Source of the DNA: an uncultured virus (IMG/VR IMGVR_UViG_3300038415_000320)
Taxonomy: Duplodnaviria > Heunggongvirae > Uroviricota > Caudoviricetes
Virus record (IMG/VR): IMGVR_UViG_3300038415_000320
Reading direction: 5' to 3' (one strand)
Length of the DNA: 64,000 nt
The translations under genes and the position numbers were made by a program. This document shows positions 45,693 to 56,022 of the stretch, piece by piece. Within the stretch, counting starts at the first letter, position 1; the number at the start of each line of letters is the position of its first letter. Below the pieces are notes generated by a model. It made no database searches. It was given only the letters and a program-made list of their open reading frames with translations, and was not told the origin of the DNA.

Positions 45693-46927
45693 TGCAAACC
45701 CTCCTCGATGACAACGCTCTCTCCCCATTCGACTGGTTTCTTAAAGGTGTTCCCAATTAGCACCCATAAAACACTCACGCCTTTGGGAGGAGCTTCGGGT
45801 GCCGGACCATCACCATCGGTCAGTATGATAAGTAAGCTCGGGCGCGGTTTCAATTGCACTACTTTGTCCAATACAACTCGAAAATCTGTGCCTCCACCTC
45901 CCCGTAGACACGAAATCGCATCAGAAACGTTTCGTATTTTCTTGAGAGGTGCCTGCAATTCACAATCAAAATCCAGAAAAGTAGCTGATACGCCAATCGC
46001 TCGCAACACTCCACCTATCTCCGCCATGGCCATCTCGATTTGCTTCATGCTCATAGATCCAGAGGTATCTAACCCTATTGCAATTTGAGGCGTCCATCCT
46101 CTGAGCGATGGCAACAAAACATCTTCACTACCTAGAGATCGCCCTGCTGCACTCTGGCACATGTATCGACGACTCGGACGGCTCCAGGTATAGTCCACCT
46201 TCCCTTGTGATTGTCCGATCTCAGATCGGATGATCCTTCTGAGCTTGTCTCTCCAGTTGATTTTAGGCGGTCGAAGCTCACCATTAGCCCACTTGAGAAG
46301 ATCGCCTGGCACCGTTCCAGCCCCCTGACCAGCGTGCTCCACAATGGCTGCAGCCACCGCCTGTCTCACCCAGACAATATCAGCCTTGCTACGTCCCTCT
46401 TCAGTGCCCTCTGCAGGCTCGCCGTCAACTCGTTCTCCACCACTTCCACTTCCGCATCCTCCCTCGCAAACTACAGCGCAAATACTTCTTTCAAAGACTG
46501 GGAGCATCTCGTAATACTCTTCAGCCAAAAGACCGGGCATCAGCTTAAACCTACCAGGCAAACAAGGTGAGCCCGGAAGATAAGCCCGTTGCAAACTACT
46601 GTTAATCTCGCAGTCGCTAGCGATATTCCATCTATAACAATCAACCGCAGGGATACGATCTGATCGTTCCGCGTGATTTCTCAATAAATGCAGAAGCTCG
46701 TGAGCCAACACTTCGGCAAGTTGTCTTGCGTGGTAAGCAGCAAGAAACCTTGGATCTACAAGCAATATCCCATCTCTCGTCACAGCCATCGTTGCCGATG
46801 GAAGTTCGACGATCTTTCTTACCAGCATCGCAAGTCCAGACGAAAAGTACGGATAGGCTCTATAGGCCGACATAAAGGCTGCCGAAAGTGCCTCTTCACT
46901 CGTTAGATCAGACTCCACTATCAGCAC
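45689..46927 (-). CDS. DUF2201-type putative metallopeptidase plus VWA domain protein
   Basis: HELLH (HExxH), N.A.D.EIN, DTSGSM MIDAS, GGGGTDF, LTDG. Confidence 0.85.
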   Translation of the reverse strand: MLIVESDLTSEEALSAAFMSAYRAYPYFSSGLAMLVRKIVELPSATMAVTRDGILLVDPRFLAAYHARQLAEVLAHELLHLLRNHAERSDRIPAVDCYRWNIASDCEINSSLQRAYLPGSPCLPGRFKLMPGLLAEEYYEMLPVFERSICAVVCEGGCGSGSGGERVDGEPAEGTEEGRSKADIVWVRQAVAAAIVEHAGQGAGTVPGDLLKWANGELRPPKINWRDKLRRIIRSEIGQSQGKVDYTWSRPSRRYMCQSAAGRSLGSEDVLLPSLRGWTPQIAIGLDTSGSMSMKQIEMAMAEIGGVLRAIGVSATFLDFDCELQAPLKKIRNVSDAISCLRGGGGTDFRVVLDKVVQLKPRPSLLIILTDGDGPAPEAPPKGVSVLWVLIGNTFKKPVEWGESVVIEEGLQ

Positions 46928-48104
46928 CTGGGAAAATATTGACGGCTTTGAGCATGGAATGAAACCTTGTCAAAACAGCTTCGGCATCTTTGTTGAAGGT
47001 CTTGCCGTCGCGCTCTAGTCCTGATCCTCTGGAGCAGAGAAGCCTAACCGTAGGCCATACCACATCGGCCGCAGATTTCATGACATCACGAACTAGGCCC
47101 CAGAGCACAGCTGCACGCTCATGCCTTCGGAATGCGTTTTTAGGTACTACCAATCCACTGCAAGCCGCCAGCACCGCCATTGTACGATCTAGACGGCTCT
47201 TGTTGTGCTTGAAGGAAATGCGACCATCGAGCAGCTCAGCTGGATCTGGAAGATCTAAGTCGGTGATAAACTTCTTCAGCTCAACCATGGCTGCTAACCC
47301 AACAAAAGCTCCAATGTATCGTTCAGATTCCTCCTCGGTGAGCTTGTGAATCTGAGATGCCGCCATAGCTCGGGTCGCCATGGCCCACGTTCTCCTACTC
47401 GGCCATGGCAAACTCGCCTGCGGACTACCCGTCAATGGCTGCACATGCAACAAAGCCGGTCTTCGACTGATGAACGTGGAAACTATCCCTGCTGCTTTTG
47501 CATATTCAAACGACCATGCCGACAATACCCTCGATTGCTCAGTCCCAACATCCGCAACATGAAAGTCAACCGGCCCTTCCGAACTGTCTCCCACTAGCCA
47601 CTCCGACCACTCATCAGCATTGGGACCAGCCCAATCAGCCAACGTTCCAAATCGGTTGGCAAGCGGCATCGCTAAATCATATCCACCTGCCGCCTCGTCA
47701 ACACCATTTTGAGCGGCAAGTATTCGAACCGTAGAAGGCAGTCGATAGTTACCTACTACACGGTCCAATACAACCCTCAGTAGGGCAGCCTGCGTCGAGG
47801 GACTGCAAGTGTTGATCTCATCAAAAAATACTACCGAGTTTGGATGAACTGTCACTTCAGCAACCCAATCGGGAGGCGCATAACTAACAGCTCCATCCCG
47901 CACCACCGGCATACCCAAAAAATCAGTTGGATCTCTTAGACTCGCCAGGACAACCACCATGTGGAAGCCAGCCTTGGTTGCCACCTGAGTGATGATGTCT
48001 GTTTTCGCCGTGCCCGGACCACCAATTATCCGTATGGGCAGACCCCAAACAAATCGAGGACCAGGCGTAAACATGGACGCCTTCAAAATGTTCGCATCGC
48101 TCAT
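46908..48104 (-). CDS. MoxR-like AAA+ ATPase
   Basis: GGPGTAKT Walker A, FFDEIN Walker B, PLANRF, PS.RTW. Confidence 0.85.
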   Translation of the reverse strand: MSDANILKASMFTPGPRFVWGLPIRIIGGPGTAKTDIITQVATKAGFHMVVVLASLRDPTDFLGMPVVRDGAVSYAPPDWVAEVTVHPNSVVFFDEINTCSPSTQAALLRVVLDRVVGNYRLPSTVRILAAQNGVDEAAGGYDLAMPLANRFGTLADWAGPNADEWSEWLVGDSSEGPVDFHVADVGTEQSRVLSAWSFEYAKAAGIVSTFISRRPALLHVQPLTGSPQASLPWPSRRTWAMATRAMAASQIHKLTEEESERYIGAFVGLAAMVELKKFITDLDLPDPAELLDGRISFKHNKSRLDRTMAVLAACSGLVVPKNAFRRHERAAVLWGLVRDVMKSAADVVWPTVRLLCSRGSGLERDGKTFNKDAEAVLTRFHSMLKAVNIFPGADSGV

Positions 48105-48173
48105 CTATGACTGTCCTTCCATCGCCGTTTTTCTACTATTCAAGCTTTTTTACACCACTCGACCCCTCTAGAT

Positions 48174-49313
48174 CTAGACTTTTTCGAAGGAATTTGCTCG
48201 CCGTGAATCGTAAACCCGACGACTGGCCTCCACAGGTACATAGGAGCCGCGCGCTTGCAGCAGATGCAATGCCTTCTGTACGTCCTTATTAGGAATCAAA
48301 CAGGACATGGCTGTTTGCCGTCTACGCAGCGCCTCTCGCAACGAAGCTTGATAGTCACCTGTTCCAAGCTCGTACTGCATGAAACCCACTCGCATGGTCC
48401 CTCTCAACTCACCCATTTGACTTGCCAGCTCGAACTCTTGCAATGCCTCTGCTTTTTGGCCTAACCGATTGAAACATTCGCCTCGGATGTAATGAGCCCA
48501 GCCTAGCGCCATAGGATACCCATATGGATCTCCCAACACAGACATTGCAAACTCTGGATCTACAGCTACACCCTCATCCGCCAATGTGAGACGGATATGC
48601 CGATTAACAGTCTCTCCAGCCGCAAGCAGCCTCTCGTATTCGAGTAACAACACTTTGAAATTACGATAGGGCACTCGGATTCCAAGACCCTGAGAATCAC
48701 GCCAATCCCTGAAAAGCAAACCTGACTGAACTACAAGCTGATTAGATCCATCGATTAGGCGACCTGGAATATGCTCATGAAGCACTTGCTTGAATCGATA
48801 TTTTGGCAGGTTTCGCCAAAAGAAATGATGGGAAGTCACGTAGTCGATCATCCCATCAGTTACGATCTCATACATGCACATCAGGAAATCAATTTGAGAG
48901 TGCGCATCGAGCACCGATAGAGCTGGCAAAATGTTGTCCGGTCGAAGCACCTCATCATCAGCATCGATGCGCAGCACATACGTGCCCTGACACAAATCAA
49001 GCGATTGATTACGAGCTGTAGCCCAATCACGCAGCTGTGGTAGCCCCGTGAAAAAGACTGATGACGGAAACTTGAATCGAAATGCGGCTGGCTCGTCTCG
49101 AAAATACAGCTCAGGATGCGTCTCGGGCCGCAACAACACCGCCCTACAGCCGCAACGAAGCAGCTGGGAGAGCGATAAAATCGTCTCAGGCGTTCCATCA
49201 ACTGAACCTGTATCCGTAAAACAGATCTCATCGACGATACCCGCCAATGGCCGCAAGGCTCGGTCAAGCACCTTCGAACCATTGAGCACCATCATATGCA
49301 GGGAAAGTCGCAT
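48174..49313 (-). CDS. GT2-like glycosyltransferase with TPR
   Basis: VDEI...DTGSVDGT, W..ARN.SL, IDADD, LHE. Confidence 0.8.
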   Translation of the reverse strand: MRLSLHMMVLNGSKVLDRALRPLAGIVDEICFTDTGSVDGTPETILSLSQLLRCGCRAVLLRPETHPELYFRDEPAAFRFKFPSSVFFTGLPQLRDWATARNQSLDLCQGTYVLRIDADDEVLRPDNILPALSVLDAHSQIDFLMCMYEIVTDGMIDYVTSHHFFWRNLPKYRFKQVLHEHIPGRLIDGSNQLVVQSGLLFRDWRDSQGLGIRVPYRNFKVLLLEYERLLAAGETVNRHIRLTLADEGVAVDPEFAMSVLGDPYGYPMALGWAHYIRGECFNRLGQKAEALQEFELASQMGELRGTMRVGFMQYELGTGDYQASLREALRRRQTAMSCLIPNKDVQKALHLLQARGSYVPVEASRRVYDSRRANSFEKV

Positions 49314-49352
49314 GTCGGTTACTATCCCACAAGTGAGATGAGTTGTGAAGTC

Positions 49353-49652
49353 TTAGTCAGCTATTAGAAGATCGATGCCTCGGTTCACCACTTTTGGAGG
49401 TGGTGGAGCAGCTCCGTCTACCACTCGGGCTAACAACAACATGTCAGCTACTCGTATGTAGGTATCACCATACAAAGCACTCATTCGGCGTCCTGGTTTC
49501 ACACAAAAATCAGTTCCACAAATGCAACATGGCCAAGGTTCAAAATTTGTGCCCCTTGGGGAGTTGCATAGACAACCATCATCGACGTAAAGGTTCTCCA
49601 TAAGCAGTGGTTTGCCACAGCCCTTACATTTGGAGGGAATATTAAGACTCAT
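49353..49652 (-). CDS. Cys-rich hypothetical protein
   Basis: CKGC, DGC.CNSPRG. Confidence 0.5.
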   Translation of the reverse strand: MSLNIPSKCKGCGKPLLMENLYVDDGCLCNSPRGTNFEPWPCCICGTDFCVKPGRRMSALYGDTYIRVADMLLLARVVDGAAPPPPKVVNRGIDLLIAD

Positions 49653-50088
49653 TTAGATCTGACCTCCGTCCTCAGTGGGAACAACAGCTCGCGAGTTCAA
49701 ATAGTCGCGAAGCTGTAAGTAATTCTCTAAGACTACATGTTCGGCAAAGCCACTTGCCATAATAGACAAGAAAGCCGAAATGACGTGTTCGCGAGCATCG
49801 GCACCATCCAATAAGACCTACTAACGCTAGTATTGTGAGTACACTTACGCTAAAGACCTGAATATCTTTGCGAGCTTGGACAGTTGTCATTTAATCACAT
49901 CTTTCGTCGGTAGGCCCAGAGGAACGGTCTTGCTACTAACTCGGTAGCAGCACCATCGGTACCCACACAGGTTTCGAACAGTCCGACGGCGATCCCAAGA
50001 AAGATGAAAGGAACCGTCAAGCAAATCATCGCAGCGTAGTTTAGCTTTTTCATATTTAGATCTCTTGGTGGACGAGCCGCCATCACGA

Positions 50089-50691
50089 TCAAATTCTCCG
50101 CTCTGTCAATGCTCGATACACCTCATTATTATTGGAATCGTAGTCAAACCGAATCACCTGAGGATGGCTGTAGCCCTTGTTCCAAGGACGATCGGGCATG
50201 ATAACCAATCCTCGACGGCTCCATTCAAGCCACCTCACGATATATGGAGGCCAGTCATCTACTAACACCCTTCCATAGACGAGTCCTTTGTCCTCAGTCA
50301 ATGTCACCTGCACATCTTCAGGTAGATTTCGTCGGCACCACTCTAGCTTTTCGCCCCAGGCAGCCGAGTTCGTTCGTGGCCCCCTCGACAACACCATGAG
50401 GCGATAGCCAAGCTCTCTTGCCATCTGCAGAACCAGGAAACCGTCTTTCATCTTTGCAAGACCGCTCCAGAAACCTGGTTGCTGTTTGATCAAGCGCATC
50501 CGCGTCGCCATATGGGGCAGCTCGTCTTGCTCATACGGCATGGTATGAATTCGCTCCCCCGGCGCTGCTAGAGCGTTCAGCCCAACAACCATGGCACCAT
50601 CAAAATCCGCCAAGGTGCCATCTAAATCGAAAAGCGCAACCTTCTCAGACACCGGTTCCACTTCTGATGTTGTATCAATCCACTTGTCCAA
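50089..50691 (-). CDS. HAD-superfamily 5'(3')-deoxyribonucleotidase-like protein
   Basis: LFDLDGTLADF, K..W, K.LV.G.VLVDD, PWN. Confidence 0.8.
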   Translation of the reverse strand: MDKWIDTTSEVEPVSEKVALFDLDGTLADFDGAMVVGLNALAAPGERIHTMPYEQDELPHMATRMRLIKQQPGFWSGLAKMKDGFLVLQMARELGYRLMVLSRGPRTNSAAWGEKLEWCRRNLPEDVQVTLTEDKGLVYGRVLVDDWPPYIVRWLEWSRRGLVIMPDRPWNKGYSHPQVIRFDYDSNNNEVYRALTERRI

Positions 50692-50694
50692 ATT

Positions 50695-51411
50695 TCAATC
50701 TCCTTGCAACGTAAGACCATGCATATGATCGCTCTCAAGCAACTCAAATCGGCATATTCTGTGCTTGTGGCCAGTCTCATCTTTTCGCGTTTCCCCATCG
50801 CCCATTAGATCTAAGTCGGCAATGTGAAAGTGCTTATTATCAACTGTTGTTCGAAAGGAGACCCTTTTCTTGTTAGCTCTTTGATGCTCTTTCGTCACAG
50901 CTTTCAACTGATCTCTACTAGCAGCACATCCAGCTCGCACGACCCCAGCCTGGCCGGGCTTATCTTCTTCTGAGGGTACATATGGACTAGCCGATGTATC
51001 GTCATCGTTGGTCGCCATTACCGCAGGATCCAAGGAACACTCTTCCGTCTCAGTCGAATCGATAGATGAAGCAAAAACTTTCGTCGTTCCCTGCTTAGGC
51101 CGCCGCCTACGGAGACAGTCAATATCGTATCCGACTAAATGATCGGGCAGATCTGTACGTTGTACAATCTCAGCCCGAGAATAACCTTCAGCCACCAGGG
51201 AAGCCACCACAGCTTGGCGTTCGGCCCGTTGTTTCTGAGCGCTCTTAGATCCAGAGGCGGCTCCCAAGGCAGCCAACGCGCTGGCTCGAAACGCTGAAAG
51301 CTTCGTCTCAGCTTCAGCCAACTCAGCCTGCTTCGTTTTTACAGCTTGTTCAAGCAACTCTCGTTGCTGCTGTATGGCCGCCAAGATCGTATCTGGAGCT
51401 TCCATCTTCAC
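50695..51411 (-). CDS. Coiled-coil/HTH hypothetical protein
   Basis: N-terminal coiled coil, G.S..EI HTH-like segment, His-rich C-terminus. Confidence 0.5.
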   Translation of the reverse strand: MKMEAPDTILAAIQQQRELLEQAVKTKQAELAEAETKLSAFRASALAALGAASGSKSAQKQRAERQAVVASLVAEGYSRAEIVQRTDLPDHLVGYDIDCLRRRRPKQGTTKVFASSIDSTETEECSLDPAVMATNDDDTSASPYVPSEEDKPGQAGVVRAGCAASRDQLKAVTKEHQRANKKRVSFRTTVDNKHFHIADLDLMGDGETRKDETGHKHRICRFELLESDHMHGLTLQGD

Positions 51412-51635
51412 TCCTTAATCATTCTCATCCTGGCCAATTCAATCAGGCGATCTGCTTCATGCTGATCTACTCCCAAGAAACCGCCTAGCCCACAATCACC
51501 CGCTTGAATCTCCAGTACCCCTGCTAACATCCCTAGTCGAACAACATCATCCTTATGAAACGCATGCCGTTCCGTCCTGGAATGGCTGCTCACATATCTC
51601 AGAAACGTTTCATCATTCATGGATTCACAAGGCAT
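51408..51635 (-). CDS. Hypothetical protein
   Basis: Coupled small ORF. Confidence 0.45.
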   Translation of the reverse strand: MPCESMNDETFLRYVSSHSRTERHAFHKDDVVRLGMLAGVLEIQAGDCGLGGFLGVDQHEADRLIELARMRMIKE

Positions 51636-51689
51636 TTAACCCTCACTTGTAACAGTTAAAAACCGCGAGTGAAAGCGTAATAGACATGA

Positions 51690-52061
51690 TCATTTCACAA
51701 GACCTAGTTTCGGCTTAGACTTAGGGATAGGCGGACGCTCGCCATCCCAAGTGAAACCAACTACGGACTTCCATGGCACAAACGTCGGATAAGGCGTCCG
51801 TGAAAAACTCAAAGTAGCTGCCACACCCTCATCAGTTACAACCATGTCAGAAATAGGAACTGCCATGTCGAGTCCATATTCCAAACAGAGTACAGCTTTT
51901 CTATCCAGCCAGGCAGGCGTCTTGATATGATCAGGTAGTACGACTTCCCGATCGCAAACTACCGACAAACGAACCAAATAATAGTCAGCCAGCGCCTTCT
52001 CGAAAACATCTTTGTTAGATCTTCCTTTGGAAGGTCGCTCAGTTTCTTTACTAGTGCCCAA
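51690..52061 (-). CDS. SspB-like ClpXP adaptor (stringent starvation protein B family)
   Basis: V.LP, L.YG, I.D..V..EGV.ATLSFS.....FVPW..V and a C-terminal PKLGLVK tail. Confidence 0.7.
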   Translation of the reverse strand: MGTSKETERPSKGRSNKDVFEKALADYYLVRLSVVCDREVVLPDHIKTPAWLDRKAVLCLEYGLDMAVPISDMVVTDEGVAATLSFSRTPYPTFVPWKSVVGFTWDGERPPIPKSKPKLGLVK

Positions 52062-52323
52062 GTGCCGCCTCCAGTTTGTCAGCGAGTGTTCTTAAGACCT
52101 TGCCAACTTCCGTACTTTTCGAAAAAACATAGTCGCCACTCTTCAAACGGTCGAAGTCGTAGTGATCTATCCCCAGCGCTAGTCGAACTTGTTCCATCTG
52201 TTCCTTCAGCGATTCATTGTAAGCTATAAGCTCATCAACAAGTTTGTCCACTCGCTCGGCCTGAGCTGTCAGTGTGACAATCTTCTCCTTCTCGGATGGA
52301 ACAAGTCTCAACGGTTCATTCAT
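52051..52323 (-). CDS. Hypothetical coiled-coil protein
   Basis: Coupled ORF. Confidence 0.5.
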   Translation of the reverse strand: MNEPLRLVPSEKEKIVTLTAQAERVDKLVDELIAYNESLKEQMEQVRLALGIDHYDFDRLKSGDYVFSKSTEVGKVLRTLADKLEAALGH

Positions 52324-52340
52324 CGCTGATCTCCCTTGTC

Positions 52341-53114
52341 CTACTTGGCGCCCGGCACCGCCGCCTTGGCAGCTTCTTCGAAATAGGAAGCATCCTTGGC
52401 GGTTGATAGATCTAACTCGAAGTTGGGCATCGACCGATCGTGAAAATGTTCTTTGAATTCCTCATACTCGCGAGTAGTCAACCCGTATGAATTAGTCGAC
52501 GTCTCAGATGCCATCTCAGGATCCAAATCAGAAAAAAGTTGCTCGTATCCCACGTTACGAAGTGTTCGAATAAGATCGAGTTCCATACGAGAAAGCCGAG
52601 CACCGCAGACATCGTAGTCAATCCAAGCTTCATAGCAAATGGGCGCCACCCGTTTGAGCATACCGGCGATGATCACGCCGTACTGTTGGATCTCCCATTG
52701 CGCATGCGCATCCACCCGCAAGGTCAAAAAATGCAGCAGATTGTGCAAGTCGATCTTCCAGTACCACTGCGTGTAGGTCGACAGCGGTAAGTCAATCCGC
52801 GCCAGCTCCCGCGCAAAGTCATTCTGCGTTAGCCACAATAGACCTGACCAACCAGACCTTCGAAAAGTGTTCGTAGAGAGCTTAGCCCAATCCTGATCAA
52901 AAGCGTCGATGGCATACGCCTTCGGGTCGAAAGGCAACGGCCCCTCCGGCTCCGTACAAGGAGCAAAATAGTTCGGCGACTGGGTGTTCTCCGCTAACGC
53001 CGCCAGATCGAAGGTGATAGGCCCGAACCGCCCAACCAGAGCCGCCATCAAGTCGGCTTGAGTCTTGTAGTCCTGCTTCGAGTCGGGACCTGACGATACC
53101 CTGGCACCTCCCAT
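52341..53114 (-). CDS. Chimeric ORF: N-terminal half of a phage Dam-type N6-adenine MTase fused to the C-terminal half of ThyX
   Basis: QDYKT, FG...FDLAA..EN, DAF..DW, LLWL with no NPPY, then ARELARIDLPLSTYTQWYWKIDLHNLLHFL.LR.D.HAQ.EI. Confidence 0.75.
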   Translation of the reverse strand: MGGARVSSGPDSKQDYKTQADLMAALVGRFGPITFDLAALAENTQSPNYFAPCTEPEGPLPFDPKAYAIDAFDQDWAKLSTNTFRRSGWSGLLWLTQNDFARELARIDLPLSTYTQWYWKIDLHNLLHFLTLRVDAHAQWEIQQYGVIIAGMLKRVAPICYEAWIDYDVCGARLSRMELDLIRTLRNVGYEQLFSDLDPEMASETSTNSYGLTTREYEEFKEHFHDRSMPNFELDLSTAKDASYFEEAAKAAVPGAK

Positions 53115-53119
53115 ATCAG

Positions 53120-53554
53120 CTAGCTCCGACTCAGATGAATCGACGGTGTCACCAGCCGCGACCGTCGGGCCTTTTCAGCCTTCTCCATCTCGCGACATTC
53201 CTTCAGCTGGCCCATTAACATCTCCTTGGTCACTGGATCCCTCTCCACGTCGATAATCATCGTAGCGCGTACAAACACATGACCACCATCTGGATTGGTT
53301 GGAAACGGCATAACCTTGAAGAAGGTCTGCACTGCCATTCCACCTTCAGGTGACAGCAATGGCACCGTCTGACTCATAATCACACGAGCATTGAATAGCT
53401 CGACCGTGCAATGTGAATTACTGCGCAATGTCGTCAATACCTCAGTGGTATACAATCCTGCTGCCAACTGGCCAAAGATCATGTTCTGCAGTCCATTGTC
53501 GCTTACCAAGATCCATTCTTGGCTATCACTGCTCGTCTGCTGTTGTTCAATCAT
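53120..53554 (-). CDS. Hypothetical protein
   Basis: GGAGG RBS, 144-aa ORF. Confidence 0.55.
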   Translation of the reverse strand: MIEQQQTSSDSQEWILVSDNGLQNMIFGQLAAGLYTTEVLTTLRSNSHCTVELFNARVIMSQTVPLLSPEGGMAVQTFFKVMPFPTNPDGGHVFVRATMIIDVERDPVTKEMLMGQLKECREMEKAEKARRSRLVTPSIHLSRS

Positions 53555-53721
53555 CGTTCAATCCCTCCCGCTTTCGTTCTTGTTCTCTACATCTTCGACA
53601 TGTGCGCAAACCAAAAGTGCAAAGGACAGATTGACACTCTGTCCTTAGATCTCCTAAGAAGATCCCAACCCCCACCGCCAGAGCCTTCAACATCGCCAAG
53701 AAAGCCATTTCTCACCTGTTA

Positions 53722-54276
53722 CTAAGATCTCCGATCTCTCTGGGCTCGTCGCAGCCGGCGAACAATCTCTTTCGTCCGCCCTGTTAAATTGTCATCAGAG
53801 TTCAACGACTGCCCCATCAACACCGTCCGAAATGCCAAAACCTGAGCCGCATAAATCGGATTGCCTTCATTCCAATGAACCACAAAACTATGATTCTTGT
53901 GTTTTTTATCACACCAACGCTTCCACCTCGCCATCTTCTTTCCCGCCAACTCATAGATAGCTAAGGCATCCAAAGATTTGTCAGGTCGCTTTCCATTGGG
54001 CCACAAAAATCGAATTCCCATTGGGCATAAATCGGCTCCTATTTGCTTAGGAGGACGCTTGGCTATTGCGGGCGCAAAAACCTTAGCATCAACATCCTCG
54101 CGCATGTCGCATTCTTGAATATTGATGGCCACAAACCACATTGGATCTACATCGTTCTCTTGGGCTATCTTGTGAATCTGACTTGCGCGCTCTTGACACT
54201 TCTCCGGCGTCCATGCCGGACGCCCAAATACACCCGATGCCATGCATAGGGTTAGCGCTAGTGCTTCGATAGTCAT
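53722..54276 (-). CDS. Secreted lysozyme/SLT-like protein
   Basis: Signal-like N-terminus; I...A....VDP...VA....E motif. Confidence 0.45.
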   Translation of the reverse strand: MTIEALALTLCMASGVFGRPAWTPEKCQERASQIHKIAQENDVDPMWFVAINIQECDMREDVDAKVFAPAIAKRPPKQIGADLCPMGIRFLWPNGKRPDKSLDALAIYELAGKKMARWKRWCDKKHKNHSFVVHWNEGNPIYAAQVLAFRTVLMGQSLNSDDNLTGRTKEIVRRLRRAQRDRRS

Positions 54277-54286
54277 AAGTCACCTC

Positions 54287-54520
54287 TCATGGGTCTTGGT
54301 TTTTATTCAGCTCAATCCATAGTCGAGCCATGAATTCCTCTTTGTCACGGGTGGGCAGTTGTCGAACTCCAGCATTAACCAGACGTATCAAATCATCTGC
54401 TCGAAAAAGCGTCGTGCGAGCAACAGCGTCGACAATCTCATCCCGAGTCACTCCACGATCTTTTGTGTCGCTAAAAAATGCTCCTACCAACAGTTTAGGA
54501 CGATCTTCGTTGTTCCGCAT
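54287..54520 (-). CDS. Hypothetical protein
   Basis: ORF in the array. Confidence 0.45.
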   Translation of the reverse strand: MRNNEDRPKLLVGAFFSDTKDRGVTRDEIVDAVARTTLFRADDLIRLVNAGVRQLPTRDKEEFMARLWIELNKNQDP

Positions 54521-54529
54521 TCTCGACCT

Positions 54530-55831
54530 TTATTTAGCGGGCGACGGTTGTCGTGCTGCTGCCTTTGTCAACTCCTCATACAATGATTGAAGAGTCGTAT
54601 TCATAGGATGAGCTGCCAAAGCATCCTTGCAGAAAACTAGGCCTTCAGTGTATCGCCCCATCTTACGCAAGGCTACCGCCACTAAGATCTTAGTAGCGTC
54701 TTCAAACACCTGCCCATTATCGATCACTTGCAAAAAAGACTTGTTCGACATGCCCAAATAGTAAGCGTCAACTGTATCTCGCCACTTGCCCTCTTGAAAC
54801 AACGTCTTTGCAAGTCGAAATGCTGCCTTGCTACCAGGATGCACCCTCAAAGACTTCTGGTACCACTCGGAGGCTCCTGGAATGTCACCCTCGGCTTCAC
54901 AGATTTCCCCACACATGATACACGCCCAAGCCCTCTCCTCACACCACGTGGATTTCTCCAGATAGAGGTTAAGTGCTGCCTTCGCCAATCCAGGCATCGT
55001 CTCCTTGGACTCCATCGCCAAATAGATGAGCGTCCTCGGCGACACCTGCCAGCCCTTCAACCTGGCCTCACGATAGAGAACCTTGAAGTTCCTACCCACC
55101 GGCCGCAACCCTTCCCCCTGACTGTCCCGACGATCAACAACCCTCAAGTTGCCCTCAATGTGCGCCGTCGTGGCCTGCCCCTTCAAAACCTCGTGGACCC
55201 TTCCATGCCACTTGATGCTCGGGACATTGGCCGCCAGACGCTCGCGAAAAGCATCACTCTGCGAGTGACCTGCGGTCGTGGTCTGAAACTGATACCGAGT
55301 CGTCGCAAGCTCAATTCCTCGCTCTTCGAGCGCCAGACACAGGCCCGGAATGCTCTCTGGATCTTCAACCTCGTCATCAGCATCCAGAAAGAGCTTCCAT
55401 TCGGCTCTGCTGATCTCCCAGCCAAGATTACGAACTGCGGCCCAGTTCGCCAGCAACGGCTTGCCCGTAAACGGTCCCTCAAAACTCTCATTCGTTAAAG
55501 CCGACCCATATTGATAGGTCGCCCACTCATCCATAATGTAAAAACCTGGATGCGACTGAGCAGTCACCTCGACTACATCCAAAGACAGATCGTACTGCGC
55601 ACACTTCGCACGCAGCACTTCGATGGTTTTGTCGGTTGTATCGTTGACCACCGCTACCACAGCGTGGATGTACGGGCCAACATTGTCGATCAGTCGCCCT
55701 ACACAACTCTCGCCATTCTTGACCAATAAATGCAGCGCTACTGTGGGACAACGAGCGGTAATCAACTCCTCGGGACGAGCTAAAACAACCTCGCTCAGTA
55801 GCGGATTTTGTTCGAGCGACATCGTATCCAT
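54530..55831 (-). CDS. GT2-like glycosyltransferase with TPR repeats
   Basis: W..VRN.GW, W.LFLDADD, W.G.VHE.L, EERAWAC TPR region. Confidence 0.8.
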   Translation of the reverse strand: MDTMSLEQNPLLSEVVLARPEELITARCPTVALHLLVKNGESCVGRLIDNVGPYIHAVVAVVNDTTDKTIEVLRAKCAQYDLSLDVVEVTAQSHPGFYIMDEWATYQYGSALTNESFEGPFTGKPLLANWAAVRNLGWEISRAEWKLFLDADDEVEDPESIPGLCLALEERGIELATTRYQFQTTTAGHSQSDAFRERLAANVPSIKWHGRVHEVLKGQATTAHIEGNLRVVDRRDSQGEGLRPVGRNFKVLYREARLKGWQVSPRTLIYLAMESKETMPGLAKAALNLYLEKSTWCEERAWACIMCGEICEAEGDIPGASEWYQKSLRVHPGSKAAFRLAKTLFQEGKWRDTVDAYYLGMSNKSFLQVIDNGQVFEDATKILVAVALRKMGRYTEGLVFCKDALAAHPMNTTLQSLYEELTKAAARQPSPAK

Positions 55832-56022
55832 CGTTCCTCCTCAGACGTCTATCGATTGGGAGGTCGAAATTGCCCCAAAACGACGTCAATGGCAACCACC
55901 AAAACACGGTGACGGGCAGCAGTGTCAGCTCCAGGGAAATACCCAGCCTCGATGAACATCCCAGGTTGCCCCTAACTTCGACAACATGGCCCTTATGACT
56001 TATCATCCTTTCACATTCTGAC

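Noticed and set aside
54728..55498. Long antisense ORFs (also 223..780, 43362..43964, 31983..32609)
   Set aside because: These are shadows of well-supported genes and have no motifs of their own
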